NCBI GenBank assembly: GCA_949288185.1
Contig: CASEIZ010000069.1
Span: 15,244 to 79,243, forward strand
Direction: 5' to 3'
Source of the DNA: an uncultured Eubacteriales bacterium
GTDB lineage: Bacteria; Bacillota; Clostridia; TANB77; CAG-508
DNA length: 64,000 nucleotides
Below the pieces are notes generated by a model. That model saw nothing but the letters and a program-made list of their open reading frames with translations. It did no database searches and was not told where the DNA came from. Made by a program: the position numbers and the translations under genes. Below are positions 54,660 through 64,000 of the stretch, one piece after another. How positions within the stretch are numbered: the first letter of the stretch is position 1; every line of letters begins with the position of its first letter.

Positions 54660-56546
54660 TTATTTGTTAAAATATTCAAACATCGTTAATAATGAAGGAA
54701 TATATAATACTACTAGCGAAATAAAGTATATTACTTTTTTATAAGAAAGTTTTATTGAAATTCTATTGCTTTCCAATAGGATTAAAATTAATGCTAATAT
54801 TGGTATAAAATATCTTCCTTGTACACCTTCGACAATTGTATATTCTGCTCTTGTAAACCCTACATACATTCCTCCAAAGATTAATGCAATAATTGCTAGT
54901 AATACAATAGAAATGATGATTTTATCTTTTTTGTCAAACTTAATATCATTTTGTGTTTCATCTTTACGAAAGGTTACGAAAAGTAAAAATACAATAAATA
55001 CAAAATCAATTATATGTGGTGTAAACCAACCACCTATCATTGTATATATATACCCTTCTGTATTGTTATATAATGTGTTACCTGCTGTATATAAATCTCT
55101 TAGAATATCAGATAATGTAAAATAGATTTGCTCTGGTTGGTTTGTTCTAATCGCTATCTGTACAATATCTTTCGTTAATGTATTCCATATTAATATTGGA
55201 AGTGCTATGATAAGTAACATAATTAAAGCAAATGCATAATATTCTTTCTTATTTTTAAACTTAGATTTTGGTAGTATAAAGAATAAGCCTGCTGCCAAAA
55301 TATACACAATTTTACATATTGCTGGTATCATAAATAAAATCGCCAAAATTACGATATTTTTAATCGTTATTTTATCTTTCACATATTTCAAGTTTAACAA
55401 GTATGCGATTGCCAAAGTTAAAACACTAATAATAACTGCATCTGGTGATAATGAAGCTCCTATAACTAATGACATTGGAAGTAATGCCACAACAATAAGA
55501 ATATTTTTCCATTTTTCTTTTGGCATTAATTTTATTGCAAAATATATACATAATAGATAAGCAATTAAATTTGTCATTCTTCCAGCTATAGCTATTAATG
55601 TTGGGCTTAAGTGCATCATTCTAGCAATTAATATACCTATTGCTTGTGGTAAATAGCTAAGAGGTGATAAATTTGATACTGTTCCTGGATTTATATACGT
55701 ACCATCTTCTGGATTGATTCCTTCATCAATTGTTTCTAAAACTTCTTGATATGAATAAGTATCATTTTCTATATGATATAATCCATTTTCATCAATAACC
55801 GTTGAGTAAACTGTTTCTGGTATAGTTCCTTTATTTGGGTTAGAAGTGAAATTTCCCATTGAAACCTCATAAGCTTTCCAAAAATGAGCATGTTCATCAT
55901 ATTTTCTTAATGGTAAATTTACAAAACATAATATAATTCCTAGGATTGCACCTAGTATTAAAAATAAATTTTCTTTTTTTATCTTATTTATAAATTTCAA
56001 ACTATTTTTTCCATATTTAAAAATGGAATATCCAAGCATTAAAGCAATAAAGAAAATTACTATATGTATAAATGAAAAATTATTTTCAGGTAAATAATCT
56101 ATGTTTGCATTTAAAGCAATACTTTCTATATCTTCAGTATTGATTGTTCCCTCTTGAAATGAAATTTGTAAATTATTAACATTTGCTTCATTGATATATG
56201 CTTTAAATTTTGTTTGTTCTTTGTTAGATTTTAACATTAATGTACTATCATCATTATAATATATTCTAATATATTTATCTTCAGATGTTTCTTTCATTGT
56301 CATTTCAACATTATATAAATTAGGAATTTCTTGTTTATATTGCAAATGTACATAGCCATACTCATCTGGTTCTGTAATTGTAAAATCCTGTATATTTAAT
56401 GTTGTTGTTTCATTATCAATTAAATGTTTGGCAGAATATAATTTTTTTATCACTGCATTATATCCTACTAATAAAACTTCTAATAAAATAGAAATTAAAA
56501 GAATAATGATAACGACTTTTATCCATTTTTTCATTTGAGCTTTCAT
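54660..56546 (-). CDS. Large polytopic membrane protein, putative GT-C-type glycosyltransferase or polymerase
   Basis: N-terminal TM, a ~150-aa extracytoplasmic domain, then at least 12 TM helices. Sits in a glycopolymer locus beside a GtrA/GtrB-like pair. No confident family assignment. Confidence 0.4.
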   Translation of the reverse strand: MKAQMKKWIKVVIIILLISILLEVLLVGYNAVIKKLYSAKHLIDNETTTLNIQDFTITEPDEYGYVHLQYKQEIPNLYNVEMTMKETSEDKYIRIYYNDDSTLMLKSNKEQTKFKAYINEANVNNLQISFQEGTINTEDIESIALNANIDYLPENNFSFIHIVIFFIALMLGYSIFKYGKNSLKFINKIKKENLFLILGAILGIILCFVNLPLRKYDEHAHFWKAYEVSMGNFTSNPNKGTIPETVYSTVIDENGLYHIENDTYSYQEVLETIDEGINPEDGTYINPGTVSNLSPLSYLPQAIGILIARMMHLSPTLIAIAGRMTNLIAYLLCIYFAIKLMPKEKWKNILIVVALLPMSLVIGASLSPDAVIISVLTLAIAYLLNLKYVKDKITIKNIVILAILFMIPAICKIVYILAAGLFFILPKSKFKNKKEYYAFALIMLLIIALPILIWNTLTKDIVQIAIRTNQPEQIYFTLSDILRDLYTAGNTLYNNTEGYIYTMIGGWFTPHIIDFVFIVFLLFVTFRKDETQNDIKFDKKDKIIISIVLLAIIALIFGGMYVGFTRAEYTIVEGVQGRYFIPILALILILLESNRISIKLSYKKVIYFISLVVLYIPSLLTMFEYFNK

Positions 56547-56566
56547 TATTAAAAATATCCACCTTT

Positions 56567-58753
56567 CTATTTAATCTTGTCTCGTATTTTTTTTGCTACA
56601 TGATACATTTTTCTCGCTACTCTTCCTGGGAAGGTATTTAATATTTTTTCTAGTCTATATATTCTGTCATCTACTTGTGAATTTGAGTCACCTGATGGTA
56701 GAAAAACAGGTGTTGAAGGATTATTCCAATAAAATGGTTGTCCATTTGTCAATAACAACATATAAACCTCTTTTGCATATTTTTCAAATATTTTTTCATG
56801 TCCATCTCTTGAAACTTGGTATAAATAAATACGCATCTTTTTATTGAATGCTCTAGACATAGAATCTTTTCTAACTCTATATAAATTCAATAATTCTGGA
56901 ATTGAAACTCCTAAACATCCATGTTCTGCTAGACTTACCCATCCATCATAATCTTCCATTCCATATTCCATTTTTATTCTGTTTTTTCCGAAATTCAAGA
57001 AATCATTTTTTCTTATAACAGCATATGCAGCTAACATATTGGCACATAATAAATATGGGATGTGTGTATTAAATGTTGGCCATACTGCTTCACTACCTTC
57101 AAAATATTTTACCCAACTATATACATAAGAAACATTTGTATATTGATGTAATATATCAATTGATTTTTGATAAAATGTTTTATCAATTTTGTCATCTGCA
57201 TCTATAAATGCTACAAACTCTCCTTTTGCTGATTCTGCACCCACATTTCTCGCATTAGCTAATCCTTGATTTTCTATATGTATAATTCTAATTTCAGGAT
57301 CATTTTCATAATTTTTAAGAACTTCTATACTTTCTTCATCTGTACTACCATCATTTACTATAATGATTTCATAATTCTTGTATGTACTTTGTTTAATACT
57401 TTCTATTGTTTCAGGTAAAGTTTTTCCCAAATTATAGTATGGAATAACAACTGATATTAAATCTTTTTCTCCATCATATGTTTTTACATAAGAATCTTTT
57501 GGCATTTCTTCAACAAACGGAAATTCTGTTTTCATTTGTTTTTTATGTTTTATGACTTCTTCAAAAAATTCTCTTCTTAATTGTATATTTTTCTCCATAT
57601 TACATAAATCATGGATTCTTATCTTAGCATTTTCTCCCATTTCTTGAGCATCTTTATCATTCATATTTATCATTTGTTCCAATTTGTTTTCAAAATCATC
57701 TTTTATATCCCAATCAAAAATAATTCCATTCTTGCCAGATTCTTTAACCATTTCTGCTTGTCCACCGCTCTTAGAAACTAAAACTGGTCTTCCAAGCCAC
57801 ATAGCATAAATGCAAGTATTTGGGAAATTCTCATATAAAGATGGAATAATAACTGCATTTGCAGATAAAATATGTGGTATTAATTCTAAATGAGGAATTG
57901 GTCCCAAGATTTCTAATTTATCTTCTTCAATATATTTAGCATATTTTTTCTTTAAATCTTCTCCTATAAAGGTTCCTTTTGATTCTAGTTTTGTATCTCC
58001 ACCAATAATTTTAATTTTAAAATCTAGTCCTTTTTTCCATAATTTTTCTGCACCTTTCAACATTTGGATGACACCTTTTCTATATTCTGTTCTTCCGAAA
58101 TATAAAAAGGTCTTCTTATCATTACTTGAAGGATTTACATCTTTGTATTTATCAAATTCTTCTTGGTCTATATCAAATGGTAAATTAATTACTTTGATTG
58201 GTGTATCTGTTAAATATTGTAATTTATCTGCAAGAAATTGACTTGGACATAATAAAGCATCTGCACCTTTTATACAAAATTTTTCCATTTCGCCAATCCA
58301 ATAAAATGGTGCTTCATATGTATTAAATTGATTTATTTTTAATGTTTCAAAACTAGGTGTATGTAAATGAACAACAAGAGGAATATCCTTTAATTTTTCA
58401 TTTAATACTAGTTTATTTTGAATAATATATTGCCCATATGCATTATATTCTTGCATTTCTAATACATCAGGTTTTCCATATTTATCAATTAAATTCATAA
58501 TCACTTCATAATATTGATATGCTAAAGCATTATCATAGCCTAAGTATGTATAATATTCTCCTTCACCTTGTGTAAATCTTACTACTCTATATCCTTCTTT
58601 AGTCATTTCTTCTTTGTTTGGTCCAAGAGACCTTACAATAACAGTTACATCATCTCCTGCCTCAGCAAACATTTTGGCACAATTTTCTACATAAGTTCCA
58701 ATTCCTCCACCAAAATCTGGTGCAAATTCACCTGTTAAAAACCATATTTTCAT
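56567..58753 (-). CDS. Bifunctional glycosyltransferase (N-terminal GT4, C-terminal GT2)
   Basis: GT4 N-terminus (MKIWFLTGEFAPDFGGGIGTYV…FPNTCIYAMWLGRPVL). C-terminal GT2 (ISVVIPYYNLGKTL…IIIVNDGSTDE…IDADD). Length 728 aa. Confidence 0.8.
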   Translation of the reverse strand: MKIWFLTGEFAPDFGGGIGTYVENCAKMFAEAGDDVTVIVRSLGPNKEEMTKEGYRVVRFTQGEGEYYTYLGYDNALAYQYYEVIMNLIDKYGKPDVLEMQEYNAYGQYIIQNKLVLNEKLKDIPLVVHLHTPSFETLKINQFNTYEAPFYWIGEMEKFCIKGADALLCPSQFLADKLQYLTDTPIKVINLPFDIDQEEFDKYKDVNPSSNDKKTFLYFGRTEYRKGVIQMLKGAEKLWKKGLDFKIKIIGGDTKLESKGTFIGEDLKKKYAKYIEEDKLEILGPIPHLELIPHILSANAVIIPSLYENFPNTCIYAMWLGRPVLVSKSGGQAEMVKESGKNGIIFDWDIKDDFENKLEQMINMNDKDAQEMGENAKIRIHDLCNMEKNIQLRREFFEEVIKHKKQMKTEFPFVEEMPKDSYVKTYDGEKDLISVVIPYYNLGKTLPETIESIKQSTYKNYEIIIVNDGSTDEESIEVLKNYENDPEIRIIHIENQGLANARNVGAESAKGEFVAFIDADDKIDKTFYQKSIDILHQYTNVSYVYSWVKYFEGSEAVWPTFNTHIPYLLCANMLAAYAVIRKNDFLNFGKNRIKMEYGMEDYDGWVSLAEHGCLGVSIPELLNLYRVRKDSMSRAFNKKMRIYLYQVSRDGHEKIFEKYAKEVYMLLLTNGQPFYWNNPSTPVFLPSGDSNSQVDDRIYRLEKILNTFPGRVARKMYHVAKKIRDKIK

Positions 58754-58773
58754 TTTTTTTGTTCCTTTCTCTT

Positions 58774-60087
58774 CTATATTTTGCTTAAAAAACTTCCCAC
58801 TTTTCTTATTCCTCTTACAAGAAACAAATGCATAAACTTATAATGCAATATTTTTAATTTGTAAATTAATTCACTATTTTTGGTTCCCTCTATTTCAGTA
58901 ATTTTGAATTTATTCTTTATTTCTTCATTATATATTGTATTAGATAAAAATACTTTTTCTATTTTTCTAGTTTGTAATATGTACTTGATAAAACTTATCC
59001 AATTTTCACTATCCAAAAAAGTTGTTAAATCATAAATTGTTGAAAATTGTTCATATTTCTGTCTATAAAAATACTGCGAATGTACATCTTTCTGAAGTGT
59101 AATGATATAAATTTTATTATTTTTTGCTTGTTCTTTTATGTTTTTATACATTTTGTTATCTGTACCTAAATATGGTAAAATATATAAATATGCATTTTTA
59201 TTTTTCCCTAATATTTCTATATCTTCTAGATTATTTATATCCATTGTTTTATCTTCTAATATATCCTCATTTATCTTCTTTTTAGGATAAATAATGGCAT
59301 TTACTTTTTTATTTATTTTGTCTGTTATCTCTTTTATGTCTTTCATCTTTTGGATATATTCTTTTTTGTTTTTATCATTAATATCTGTTAATAAACTTTC
59401 ATTTCTTCTTCTATACCAAAAACCATAATACCCAACTTGTACTGGGAATTGATTGTCTTGTAACATTCTTAGCCACAAATACCAATCTTCGTTCATATAT
59501 CTTTTGGCAACTCCATATCCGCCAAGTTCTAGAATTTTTTCTTTTCGTATTAATGCTGTTGCCGTTATTTGATTTTCTATTTTCATCTTTTCACTATCAA
59601 ACTCTACATCTGTTAAATATATGTATTTCCCAAATCCAACTGAGTTTGTAAAAGCCCAACTAGCTTTTGGATTGGTTTCTAAAGTCCAATATAATGTTTC
59701 TATATATGTAGGTTCTATTAAATCGTCTGCATCTAATGGTAGTATATAATTTGTAGTTGCATATTTTATTGCATAATCTCTTCCTAAAGCTAGTCCTCCA
59801 TTTTCTTTATGATATATTTTTATTCTTTCATCCAACTTTTTTACTTCTTCCAAATATTGTATTGCTTCCTGACTTGTACTTCCATCATCTACAATTATCC
59901 ATTCCCAATTTTGGAATGTTTGATTTAAAACGCAATTTATGGTCTGCCACATAAATTCATTAGAATTATAATATGATGTAACAATAGAAACTAATGGCTT
60001 GAAATCTTTAATTTTAGAAATATTCTTGCTATTTACTATTTTACCAGGTTGCTGGTTATAATTCCAAAAAAATTTATCATCTTTCAT
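58774..60087 (-). CDS. GT2 family glycosyltransferase with a C-terminal extension
   Basis: VSIVTSYYNSNEFMWQTINCVLNQTF…IIVDDGSTSQEA…LDADD. Length 437 aa. Confidence 0.75.
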   Translation of the reverse strand: MKDDKFFWNYNQQPGKIVNSKNISKIKDFKPLVSIVTSYYNSNEFMWQTINCVLNQTFQNWEWIIVDDGSTSQEAIQYLEEVKKLDERIKIYHKENGGLALGRDYAIKYATTNYILPLDADDLIEPTYIETLYWTLETNPKASWAFTNSVGFGKYIYLTDVEFDSEKMKIENQITATALIRKEKILELGGYGVAKRYMNEDWYLWLRMLQDNQFPVQVGYYGFWYRRRNESLLTDINDKNKKEYIQKMKDIKEITDKINKKVNAIIYPKKKINEDILEDKTMDINNLEDIEILGKNKNAYLYILPYLGTDNKMYKNIKEQAKNNKIYIITLQKDVHSQYFYRQKYEQFSTIYDLTTFLDSENWISFIKYILQTRKIEKVFLSNTIYNEEIKNKFKITEIEGTKNSELIYKLKILHYKFMHLFLVRGIRKVGSFLSKI

Positions 60088-60096
60088 TCTTTATCC

Positions 60097-61110
60097 CTAC
60101 TTATATAATTTTTTAAAAAATTCTCTATATTGTAATGCAATTTTGCTCCAATCAAAGTTTGTAATTTGTTTTAAATTTTCTTCAGATAAACTTTTATATT
60201 GATGCTTATTTTTTATTAATTCTTTTATTTTTTCTTTTAAACATTCTTTAGTTCTTTCCTTAAGAATTAATTTTTTCTGTAATGGACCAAAAGCTTCTTC
60301 TGCAACACCAACATTTGTAGAAATTACTGGTATTCCCATCGCCATAGATTCTAATATTGGTATTGGTGTTCCTTCTTCCTTAGATGCACATATATATAAA
60401 TTAATAGAATTATAAAAAGCTGGCATTTCATTTTGAGGAATTTTCTTTATATTTCTATCAGCTAATTTTAGTTCTATATCATATCCCTCTTCTTGTAGTT
60501 CAGCAATAACAGGTTTTATAATTCCTTCTACACCTTTCATATCATTATCATTATCAGAATCAACAAAAGTACTGTTTCCAACCCAACCAGCAATTATTTT
60601 AGGAGGATTATGAAATCTTTCCAAATTTTCTGGTTTATAGTCTTTTAAATTCACTCCATCATGTATAATCATTTGAGGTTTTGTATTCTTTTCACTATAT
60701 ATTTCATATAATTTATTTGAAGTTACAAAATAATAGTTTGAATATTCAAATATCTTATCTGTTCTCCATTTTTCGTTCCCTCTTAAAAATAAATGATCAC
60801 ATATCCCGAAAGATATTTTTTTATTGTATATATATTGATTTTTAAATTCATCAAATGGCATTCCATAATACTTCTCTACTTCATATTTTAGATTGGCATT
60901 ATCTATTAAAGATAAATATCCTCTCCATAGGAAATGAATAATATCATATTTTTGGCAATATAAGAAAAGTCTAGCCATATTTCCTTCAAATATTCTACCT
61001 GGTATTATATCTATTTCAAATTCGTTTAAATATGGTATTAGATTTTGTGCGATATTCTCAAAGGCCCATCCTTCTGTATCAATGATAAAAGCAATCTTTA
61101 TTTTTTCCAT
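60097..61110 (-). CDS. GT4 (group 1) glycosyltransferase
   Basis: GT1-type C-terminal motif …EEGTPIPILESMAMGIPVISTNVG…. Length 337 aa. Confidence 0.75.
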   Translation of the reverse strand: MEKIKIAFIIDTEGWAFENIAQNLIPYLNEFEIDIIPGRIFEGNMARLFLYCQKYDIIHFLWRGYLSLIDNANLKYEVEKYYGMPFDEFKNQYIYNKKISFGICDHLFLRGNEKWRTDKIFEYSNYYFVTSNKLYEIYSEKNTKPQMIIHDGVNLKDYKPENLERFHNPPKIIAGWVGNSTFVDSDNDNDMKGVEGIIKPVIAELQEEGYDIELKLADRNIKKIPQNEMPAFYNSINLYICASKEEGTPIPILESMAMGIPVISTNVGVAEEAFGPLQKKLILKERTKECLKEKIKELIKNKHQYKSLSEENLKQITNFDWSKIALQYREFFKKLYK

Positions 61111-61114
61111 AAAA

Positions 61115-61351
61115 CTATCTCCTAAATATCTTTTTAATTTTTTTAATTAATTTATAACTTCTTGAATAGGTAATGGAATCTAATTCTTGTTGTATTTTTT
61201 GTGTTTCAATACTTAAATTTTCATATTTTTTCTTATATTCTAACATTTCTGCCGTTTTATGTTCCATTTCTTCTGATAGTTTTTGACAATTTTGTTTTAT
61301 GATTTCATTTTCTTTTTTCAAGGTTTCTAATAAAATCTCATCATTATTCAT
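61115..61351 (-). CDS. Small coiled-coil protein (hypothetical)
   Basis: 78 aa predicted coiled coil with a basic C-terminus. Sits between a GT gene and wzm. Confidence 0.4.
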   Translation of the reverse strand: MNNDEILLETLKKENEIIKQNCQKLSEEMEHKTAEMLEYKKKYENLSIETQKIQQELDSITYSRSYKLIKKIKKIFRR

Positions 61352-61367
61352 ATTTTTTCACCTTACT

Positions 61368-62141
61368 TTATAATTCTTCAGCGAATTTTTTTTCTAATTT
61401 TTTAAATACTAAATATCCTATGATGCATAACCCTACTCCCATAGCAAGAGCAATTAATAAATTTGCACAATCTGGTGGCATTTTATTATAAAATATATTT
61501 CTATAGCTTTCTATTAAATATGTCATTGGATTTATTTTTATTATCCATTGCAATCCTGCTGGTACTTGGTTAGCCGCATATACAATTGGTGTTGCATAAA
61601 ATAACAATTGTATAATAATTCCTAGTATATGTATTAAGTCTCTAAAATAAACACTTAAACTTGAAACAATAAACGAAATTCCTATACAGATAATATATTG
61701 AATCGCAAGTATTACAAAATACCATAAAATATTTACTGAAAGTCCAATTCCTCCAAATATAACAAATCCTAATATAATAATCGTTGAGATTAAAAAGTTA
61801 ACCCCTTCACTTGTTACAACAGATATTGGTAAAATCTCTCTTGGAAAATATACTTTTTTTATAATATTGGCATTATCAATAATTGTTGCAGCACCTCTTT
61901 GAACTACTGCTGCAAAATATTGCCAAGGAATTAATCCACAACATAGATATACCGTATAATTTTCTATATCACTTTTTAGAATTACTTGGAAAACCAATGC
62001 ATATACCATAATTGATAACAATGGGTTTACAAATGACCATAAAACACCTAAAAATGAATTTTTATACTTTCCTCCAACATCTTTTTTTATGTTTGTTTTC
62101 AATAATTCTCTATAATTGTATAAATCTTTAATTATATTCAT
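61368..62141 (-). CDS. ABC-2 type polysaccharide/teichoic acid export permease (Wzm/TagG-like)
   Basis: Six TM helices with an ABC-2 family pattern. Length 257 aa. Directly downstream of the ATPase gene. Confidence 0.85.
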   Translation of the reverse strand: MNIIKDLYNYRELLKTNIKKDVGGKYKNSFLGVLWSFVNPLLSIMVYALVFQVILKSDIENYTVYLCCGLIPWQYFAAVVQRGAATIIDNANIIKKVYFPREILPISVVTSEGVNFLISTIIILGFVIFGGIGLSVNILWYFVILAIQYIICIGISFIVSSLSVYFRDLIHILGIIIQLLFYATPIVYAANQVPAGLQWIIKINPMTYLIESYRNIFYNKMPPDCANLLIALAMGVGLCIIGYLVFKKLEKKFAEEL

Positions 62142-62151
62142 ATGTCCTCTC

Positions 62152-62895
62152 CTATTTTATTTCTTCTAAATATTTTTCAATAACATCATCTGGTTTTCCA
62201 TCCATACGGATTTCACCATTACTTAACCAAACAGCACGATTACAGAATTCTTTTACTGTTCCCAAACTATGTGTAACAAAAACCATGGTTTTTCCCTCTT
62301 CTTTTAGTTCTTTCATCTTTGCTATACATTTATCTTGAAAATGTTGATCTCCAACTGCTAGTACTTCATCAACTAATAATATATCTGCATCTACATTAAT
62401 AGCTACTGCAAAGGCTAATCTCATATACATACCTGATGAATATGTTCTAACTGGATTGTCTATATAACTTCCTAATTCTGAAAATTCAATAATTTTATCT
62501 AGTCTAGCATCAATTTGTTGTCTAGTTAGTCCAAAAATAGAAGCATTAAAATATATATTTTCTCTTCCAGAAAAATCAGGATGGAAACCAGCCCCAAGTT
62601 CAAGAAGTGAAGTTAACTTACCATATGTTGTTATCTTTCCTTTATTGGGATAAATGATTTTAGTCATTAATTTTAAAAGTGTTGATTTTCCACTTCCGTT
62701 TACACCAATTAATGCAACTGCTTCTCCATTTTTCACAGTTAGATTTATATTTTTTAAAACTTCTCTCTTTTCCTTTCTATTTCTTTTCCAAAATAACATT
62801 TTTTCCTTCAAACTATTTGCTTTGTCTAAATAAACATCAAATGTTTTATATACATTTTGTACAACAATTCTATCCATTTCTTTATTATCTTGCAT
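62152..62895 (-). CDS. ABC transporter ATP-binding protein for glycopolymer export (Wzt/TagH-like, no C-terminal carbohydrate-binding domain)
   Basis: Walker A GVNGSGKSTLLK, signature YSSGMYMRLAFA, Walker B LLVDEVLAVGD. Length 247 aa. Confidence 0.88.
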   Translation of the reverse strand: MQDNKEMDRIVVQNVYKTFDVYLDKANSLKEKMLFWKRNRKEKREVLKNINLTVKNGEAVALIGVNGSGKSTLLKLMTKIIYPNKGKITTYGKLTSLLELGAGFHPDFSGRENIYFNASIFGLTRQQIDARLDKIIEFSELGSYIDNPVRTYSSGMYMRLAFAVAINVDADILLVDEVLAVGDQHFQDKCIAKMKELKEEGKTMVFVTHSLGTVKEFCNRAVWLSNGEIRMDGKPDDVIEKYLEEIK

Positions 62896-62967
62896 TGTTT
62901 TTTCCTTTCCTAACTAATATGTTATATCATACACTATTATATCTTTAAAGTCAATTGAAATACATTT

Positions 62968-63861
62968 TCATTTCTGTCTCAAAAAAAGTTTTTTTGTTCT
63001 ATATTTTCCTGGTAAAAATAGTAGTATATGCAATAATTTATTGATAAATCCATGTATTGATGTATTATCAAATTGATTGATTAAATTTTCAAACAATATA
63101 TAATGTTTAATTGCATATAATCTTTTCTTAAATTTAACTTTATGCATATTTTTAGCTAAAATTTCTTGAAAATATTTATAATATCCATAAGGATATTTTT
63201 TAAACTGTTGTAGTATATTTTTTGTGTACCCTTCTTCCTGATACTCACAAATCATAACTGGCTGATTATAACATACTATTTTATATTTTTCATCCATTTT
63301 ATGATACATTCTTGCTTCTGTAACAAAGTTTTCATTATGTTCTAATTCATGTTGAAATTGTTTTCTTATATTAGAATAAAAGACAATCGTTTTTTCTCCA
63401 TCTTCTCCTTCTTTAAAATACAAGTCAAACATGGTTGTTTCTTTATTTTTAAAATTCTTTCCCATATTATTTCCTTTTGTATCAAATTTTAGAAAACACA
63501 TACCATAAAATTTTTCATCATCATTTAGATTTTCATTATATGCTTTTTTGATAATTTCAAAAGCATTGTCTGCAAAATAGTCATCAGAATCACAATCAAC
63601 AATTAAATCTCCTGTTGCATACAAAACCAGGTTATTTATTGCTATCATTTTTCCTTGATTTTCTTGCCAAAAATATTTGATTTCAATTTTTTTCTCACTG
63701 ATGAATTTATTGACAGTTTCTTTTGTATTGTCTGTTGAACCGTCATCCATTATTAACCATTCAATATCTACATGATATTTTGAATTTACAATTAGACTAT
63801 TATATAATTTTTCTAATAAATCTGCCCTATTATATGTTGGTGTCAATACAGATATTTTCAT
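62968..63861 (-). CDS. GT2 family glycosyltransferase
   Basis: MKISVLTPTYNRADLL…WLIMDDGSTDNT…DCDSDD. Length 297 aa. Confidence 0.8.
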   Translation of the reverse strand: MKISVLTPTYNRADLLEKLYNSLIVNSKYHVDIEWLIMDDGSTDNTKETVNKFISEKKIEIKYFWQENQGKMIAINNLVLYATGDLIVDCDSDDYFADNAFEIIKKAYNENLNDDEKFYGMCFLKFDTKGNNMGKNFKNKETTMFDLYFKEGEDGEKTIVFYSNIRKQFQHELEHNENFVTEARMYHKMDEKYKIVCYNQPVMICEYQEEGYTKNILQQFKKYPYGYYKYFQEILAKNMHKVKFKKRLYAIKHYILFENLINQFDNTSIHGFINKLLHILLFLPGKYRTKKLFLRQK

Positions 63862-63862
63862 T

Positions 63863-64000
63863 TTACTCTCCTAATAATTTTTCTAATTCTTTGATGATAT
63901 GTTGATTATCATATATTTGTTTTTCATCATCAAATGTTTTTATATTGTTTTCAATCATATATTTTAATTTATTATAAATTTCATGTTCATCATTTTCTAC
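63863..64000 (-). CDS. 3' end of an upstream minus-strand gene (partial, unknown function)
   Basis: Open frame to TAA at 63863-63865 (…QHIIKELEKLLGE*). It is 1 nt upstream of the GT2 start, so probably part of the same operon. Confidence 0.4.
   Translation of the reverse strand, partial: VENDEHEIYNKLKYMIENNIKTFDDEKQIYDNQHIIKELEKLLGE

Noticed and set aside
1-64000. rRNA, tRNA or CRISPR arrays
   Set aside because: No tRNA-like T-arm or anticodon-arm GC-rich segments were seen. No regularly spaced short direct repeats with unique spacers. All repeats found are palindromic or tandem-coding.

Overview
AT-rich (~27-28% GC) chromosomal segment from a Clostridium-like, spore-forming Firmicute, with almost all genes on the minus strand.

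The left 44 kb is mixed housekeeping and accessory:
- FHA-domain ABC transporter, AI-2E/YtvI-like transporter, a Cys-rich CBS protein, MurD.
- A fused uracil permease-UPRTase gene (pyrP-upp).
- A hydC-hydB-hydA electron-bifurcating [FeFe]-hydrogenase operon interrupted by two tandem aminopeptidase C (peptidase C1B) paralogues.
- UvrB.
- A decayed islet holding a split RhuM-family pseudogene and a sigma-factor fragment.
- An ECF sigma/anti-sigma pair.
- An Amidase_3-type amidase.
- A C-terminal fragment of a serine hydrolase.
- A dockerin-bearing Ig-repeat surface protein.
- PepF.
- A lone DpaB.
- A Spo0A_C-domain protein.
- Three clustered CmpB/DUF1113-like membrane paralogues.
- DedA, GNAT, GH25 lysozyme.
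- A MacB-like ABC pair.
- A HigB toxin next to an unusually long antitoxin that fuses an XRE helix-turn-helix to an ImmA/IrrE Zn-peptidase.
- An ABC-F (ARE-type) ATPase whose ribosome-binding site is buried in a terminator-like leader hairpin.

The right 20 kb is a cell-wall glycopolymer locus: MFS, GtrA/GtrB-like, Glf, a Wzx flippase split in two, many GT2/GT4 transferases, a DUF2304 protein, a large polytopic membrane protein, and a Wzm/Wzt ABC exporter. Inside it sits a 956-aa autolysin-like protein with four near-identical ricin-B lectin repeats fused to GH25.

No rRNA, tRNA, CRISPR, transposase or integrase was found.

Non-coding signals:
- Four large nested-palindrome (MITE-like) intergenic elements with GC-richer cores.
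- A ~50-bp direct repeat that brackets a 6.5-kb toxin/resistance/glycosylation segment.
- Two small, GC-atypical ORFs with their own promoter and terminator signals.
- Numerous rho-independent terminators.
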